From positions 4,000,001 through 4,064,000 of the forward strand of contig OZ243961.1 in NCBI GenBank assembly GCA_965214605.1: 64,000 bases of DNA, written 5' to 3'. Origin of the DNA: an uncultured Candidatus Binatia bacterium (GTDB lineage: Bacteria > Desulfobacterota > Binatia > Bin18). The notes beneath the pieces were generated by a model, which did not search any database, had not been told where the DNA came from, and worked only from the letters and a program-made list of their open reading frames with translations. Positions 59,624 to 64,000 of the stretch are shown in pieces (position 1 is the stretch's first letter; every line of letters begins with the position of its first letter). The translations under genes were made by a program, and so were the position numbers.

Positions 59624-60081
59624 GCGAGGCGGCTGATGGCCTGAAAGAATTGATTGCAGAGGTTGAGATTGAAGATGTTCGCCTCGTTGAAGCGAACGTG
59701 GCAACGAAGGTGAGGTCGCCGTCCGATACTGGCGCGGTCGATCTCTTAGTCAATCGAACGGCGGAGATTAGCGAGCATCAAGAAGAAAACGGGACGTTCT
59801 TTGTTGTGGCAACAATGAGGGCTCAGCTTGTCCCCGAAGAGGCAAAGGGGAAGCCTCTCGTCTCGATCGAGACAAGTTTTGAACTCCAGTATCGTCTTCC
59901 TGAAGGATTTCACGTCGATCCTCAAACTCTGACAACCTTTGCTGAGACGAACGGACTCTACAATGTCTGGCCATATTGGCGTGAGTTTGTTCAAAGCACG
60001 TTTGTCCGGATGGGACTTCCACCGCTAGTGCTCCCATTGTTGCGCGCTCGGGAAGTGATGGAGAAGACCGGGGAAGAGTAA
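59620..60081 (+). CDS. SecB-like chaperone
   Basis: Acidic beta-rich protein with VWPYWREFVQSTFVRMGLPPLVLPL, matching the SecB C-terminal pattern (FPY.RE......R.G.PPL.L). Confidence 0.8.
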   Translation: MSEAADGLKELIAEVEIEDVRLVEANVATKVRSPSDTGAVDLLVNRTAEISEHQEENGTFFVVATMRAQLVPEEAKGKPLVSIETSFELQYRLPEGFHVDPQTLTTFAETNGLYNVWPYWREFVQSTFVRMGLPPLVLPLLRAREVMEKTGEE

Positions 60082-60206
60082 GGAAGAGCAATAAAGGGCC
60101 GGCGGAGGCATTCACGCAAAAACCTCCAGTTTGGCCCAACAAGACACTCGCAGAGTGAGTTGACACCCGAACTGTTTCCCTTGATCGCATCATTGAGCGG
60201 GACGCT

Positions 60207-63200
60207 ATGGACTGGCTGACTAAGTATGTTGATATTGAGGCTATTGGGCTCATCGTAGCCATCATTGCAGTCATAGTCGCTTATCTGCAGTTGAGGCAAT
60301 CAAAGAAGGACAAGCCGAAAGCTCAGACCTCCGTCACAAGCTCACAAAACAACATTTCCACCGATAACTCGTCAGGGACGACGATTGTCACGGATTCGCC
60401 CGGAGCCACGGTCGTAGGCCGCGATCTCTATATCACGAAGATCGGTGACGCTGAGAAAGCTCGTCCGTCAGCTTCTATCGATCCAATCACGCAACAAGCT
60501 CACACCGATCAGGCAGAGGAAGAATTATCTCGAATTCTTATGCTCCGAATGTTTGATCAGCGCCGAGCACGACAGGACATCCAAAAACTGAGGCAGCGCG
60601 TAGGCGATGAAGGCGATTTTCTCGCAGCATCTATTTCTACCAAAAATAGGATCCTCTACTGGGCCACAAGATTATGTGCTAGTGACACTGAAACCCGCGA
60701 TTCCGCACGCCAGCTCCGCGACGAACTCCGGCAAACCGATCCGGAGCAGGACCTCTCCATTGTGGATGCCCTGCTCGCGGAGGATGATGGCAACACAGAT
60801 GAAGCGCTTTGTCTTCTGCGCGATCATCGTGATCCCGATTCCAGAACCGCTTTGTTCGGCGTACTGACTCAGTCACGGGGGGAACACACCTCCTTGGCTT
60901 GGTACGCCGAGTAGGCTGCGCCTGACGATAACAACTTTTTCACTGCTATCGGCTGGTGGAATTGGGCCATTTGCATGGCAAAAGTCGGGCGCTGGGATGA
61001 AGCCGCACATCGACTCCTGAGCTTCGAATCCCATTGGCAACAGATGCCTGTGCTCGCGCTTATCGAAGGGATCATTAACAGCGGCCATGCTGTTGCCGAA
61101 CGAGTATCGGGAGAGGGCGCTTGAGAGTGTACCCATTTATCCTGGCGTCACTCCGGCCTTGGGAGAGAAATCTGAGAAACATTATGCTCGTGCTGCTCTC
61201 TGCCTAGAATTCGCTGAACAGAGTACGAAGGATATCGTTGGTCCCGATTTGGCAGAATTCATTTCGGATTGGCGTCTTTGGCTTCGGCTGATGAATCCGA
61301 ACTCTACGCATGCGAATGTCGTCCATGATGAGGTACGTCAGGGCATGGAGGAAGGTGCACGAGCGGTCAAGCTCATTCGTTTCGCATATGCCTTTAATAT
61401 TGTGTTCAATGTCGAGCCACTAAAACACTATCTAGAATACAGAGGGTGGCTTGGTGGGCTCGATGACCATGAACTTCTGGCAGACTGTCTGCTTGCTGAA
61501 CAATCCATGGAATCTCATGATCTCGTATCCTATCTAGAGCAATATGAGACACGACTAAGTGAGGTTATGCCTCCCGCTTTTGTTACAACAATGTACGTCG
61601 ATGCTCTGGTGAAGGATGGTCAGACTGAAAGGGCGCGTGCACTAGTAACGGCACGTGCAGCCGACCTCGGCGAAGCACATTCCAATCGTTTGAGTGTGAT
61701 GATCGAGATCCGTGAAGGGAAGGACCCCCGCGAACGGCTTGAATTTCTTTATCATCAGACGAAAGAGCTTATCGACTTAAAGAATCTGGTAGCTCATTTG
61801 AAGACCGAGAATGATCATACGGCGCTCCAGCCCTTGCTCCGCGACTTGTTCGACCGTGAGCGAACTGTCGAGAATGCGCAAGACCTCGTCAAGTGCTTCG
61901 GCGCACCGCCCTCTTCTGATTACGAGGCAATAGTCAAGTTTGCGGAGGAGAACTTCGACATTCTTGCGCGGAGCGATGAACTGAAAGAGATGCAAGCGTG
62001 GGCACTGTTTCAGGTAGGTCGGCTTCAGGAAGCAAAAGAGATCAACGACAAGCTTCTGAGCCAAAGGAGCAGTCCGAACGCTCTTCAGTTCGACATTAAC
62101 AGCGCTATTGCTTCCGGCGATTGGGAACATACAGCCGCGATTATTCATCGTGAGTGGCCTCGCCAGGAATCACTTACTCCTGACATACTTATAGCCCTAG
62201 CTCAGCTTGCCGGCCAACAGAGTCTGACACCCGACCGGGCGCTACAATTTGCCAAATTGGCCACGCAAAAGGCACCAAACGATCCTCGCATCCTGATGGC
62301 TGCCCATTGGCTGCACGTTCAACTCGGGCACGATGGTGAGGCCGACCCGAACTGGCTCAAGCGCGCATACGAGCTTTCTTCCGCTGACCAAGGTCCCCTT
62401 TGGTCCATGACCCTACAAAATGTTGTCACCGATGGAGGAGGTTGAACGGAAATGGCTTAACGGTGAGATACCCATGAGCTTGGCGGCAGGCGTAATGAAT
62501 GTATCAATCGCGCATCTCCTGCTCTATATTCCAGATCAGAATGCCGTCGAATTAGACGGTCGCCGCCGAGGGGTATTGCCGATTGTCACCGGCGGACGGA
62601 ATCCGGTCGAATTGCGGCAGGACTGGACAATTGGATTAGACGCAACCTCAATTATGATCCTTTCCCATCTCGGCCTACTGGAAATGGCTATCGAGGCGTT
62701 CCATCACGTCAAACTTTCTCCCGACATTATGGAGTTTTTGCTCCACGAAAGAGACCAAGTTCGTTTTCATCAGCCTTCTCGTATCGCAGCAGCCAGGGAG
62801 GTTCGGGACCTCCAAAATCAGGGACGGCTTCGAGCTGCTGACGGTGCGGCTGAGCTCCCCAAAGCCCTTACTGACGAGGTAGGACTTGAACTGGCCACGC
62901 TCTTGCATGAGGCGAGACAGGACAACGGCCGGGTCATTTGCGTTCTACCGATCCATAAAGTCGAGTCACTGATGCAAAAACAAGCGGACACGGGCGAGTA
63001 TGACGATTTGATCCATTCAACAATGGATCTTTGCACGCTACTGCATGCTGAAGGGGGAATCGCCTTGGGCGATTATCTGCGCGCGCGTCAGTTCTTGAAT
63101 AGCCAGGGCCAGGCAGAGCATGCAGTTCTCTCATCGTTGACCCTCCAAGGCCCGATTTACTTCGGTCGAACCACCCTATCCTACTTGCAAGACGCTGGTC

Positions 63201-64000
63201 TGTTACAGCCACTGGCCGCCGCTGGTCTGGATATCCGAATCCATCCGGCTGTCCTAGAAGAAGGGAACGCCCTCATCGAAACAGGCGATATTGGTGCTGA
63301 TCTCGTGGCAAAGATAGACAGGATTCGAGAGGTCTTACGAAATGCGAGAGATTCGGGAGCGGCCTCTTTCTTGCCCCGCACGGCTGACCAGGACGAGCAG
63401 CTCCAGAAACACGAAAGCCGATTCCAGGTGACAGTCTCTTTGGTGGCGGGCGGCGCTGCATACGATGCACTCTGTATCGATGATCGCTACTTTAACAGCC
63501 GTTCGGTCCTGACCGAACCTCCAGGACGATCCATCCCTCTTGTTTGCATATTGGACGTCTTGCGCTTCCTCGTTTCTCGGGGGCGCATCAGTGTTGCCGA
63601 CCAGTGGACAGCGCGACACGAGCTTAGACGAAGCGGCTTTGTCTTCGTCACACCCGAGTCCGACGAATTGGGCCATTGGTTGAAGACGGTGAATATGGAC
63701 AACGGTCAATTGAAAGAAAGAGCTGAGCTAAAGATCCTCCGTCAGACTATGGCCCGTATACACTCTCTCAACTTACTGACTCCACAAGAAGCGTCGGCCC
63801 TATTCGTCAGCTTAAACTCTGTTGGCAAATCCAGCATCGAACGCCTGTGGAAAGACGAATCTGTGACAATCGAACAGGCAACAGCGCTATCCAACTGGGT
63901 GTGGCTTCATCTAATGAACACCACTATCGGGAGCCCGAAGCATATTGCAGAGGATCATTATGCAGATTGGAGGCGCAACCTGATATCTCTGCTGCGGCCC
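60207..64000 (+). pseudogene. Disrupted giant protein: N-terminal TM, TPR-like helical repeats and tandem PIN-like domains (runs off window)
   Basis: One protein-like reading broken by TAG at 60912-60914, a +1 frameshift at ~61080 and a frameshift/deletion at ~62435. The last frame is open to 64000 and contains IGLDATSIMILSHLGLLE, VRFHQPSR, IYFGRTTLSYLQDAGLL and ALCIDDRYFN. Confidence 0.65.

Noticed and set aside
60912-62445. Programmed recoding (readthrough or frameshift) of the giant gene
   Set aside because: Three different lesion types without slippery sequences; pseudogenisation or assembly error is simpler.
1-64000. CRISPR arrays, tRNA/rRNA, intact transposase, integrase or prophage
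   Set aside because: No regularly spaced direct repeats, cloverleafs or such ORFs were recognised by eye; short or degenerate elements could have been missed.

Overview
GC-rich bacterial chromosomal window. The gene repertoire (six luciferase-like monooxygenases, paralogous amidohydrolases, DUF1302/DUF1329, an ankyrin lipoprotein, many decayed genes) suggests a deltaproteobacterial/Binatia-like, possibly host-associated organism; this is inference only. 1-7.4 kb is housekeeping-type (AsmA, HAD, FxsA, NadE, CDP-alcohol phosphotransferase, GIY-YIG). 7.4-43 kb is a catabolic region: a BenAB-like Rieske dioxygenase, a DUF1329-DUF1302-DUF1326-DUF2182-amidohydrolase operon, acyl-CoA dehydrogenase, hydratase, SDR, LLM/alpha-beta-hydrolase clusters and a TPP decarboxylase, with several pseudogene remnants in the long spacers. 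44-58 kb holds Hsp20/Lon-like protease, tandem YihY genes, an MFS transporter and tandem NorD/CbbO-like VWA genes. From about 58.1 kb a more AT-rich island carries a toxin-antitoxin-SecB chaperone (TAC) triad and a disrupted giant helical-repeat/double-PIN-like gene. The most unusual observation is an LLM oxygenase fused to a ~175-aa beta-rich domain whose pattern resembles single-jelly-roll viral capsid proteins. No rRNA, tRNA or CRISPR array was recognised. All family calls come from motif recognition by eye, not from database searches.
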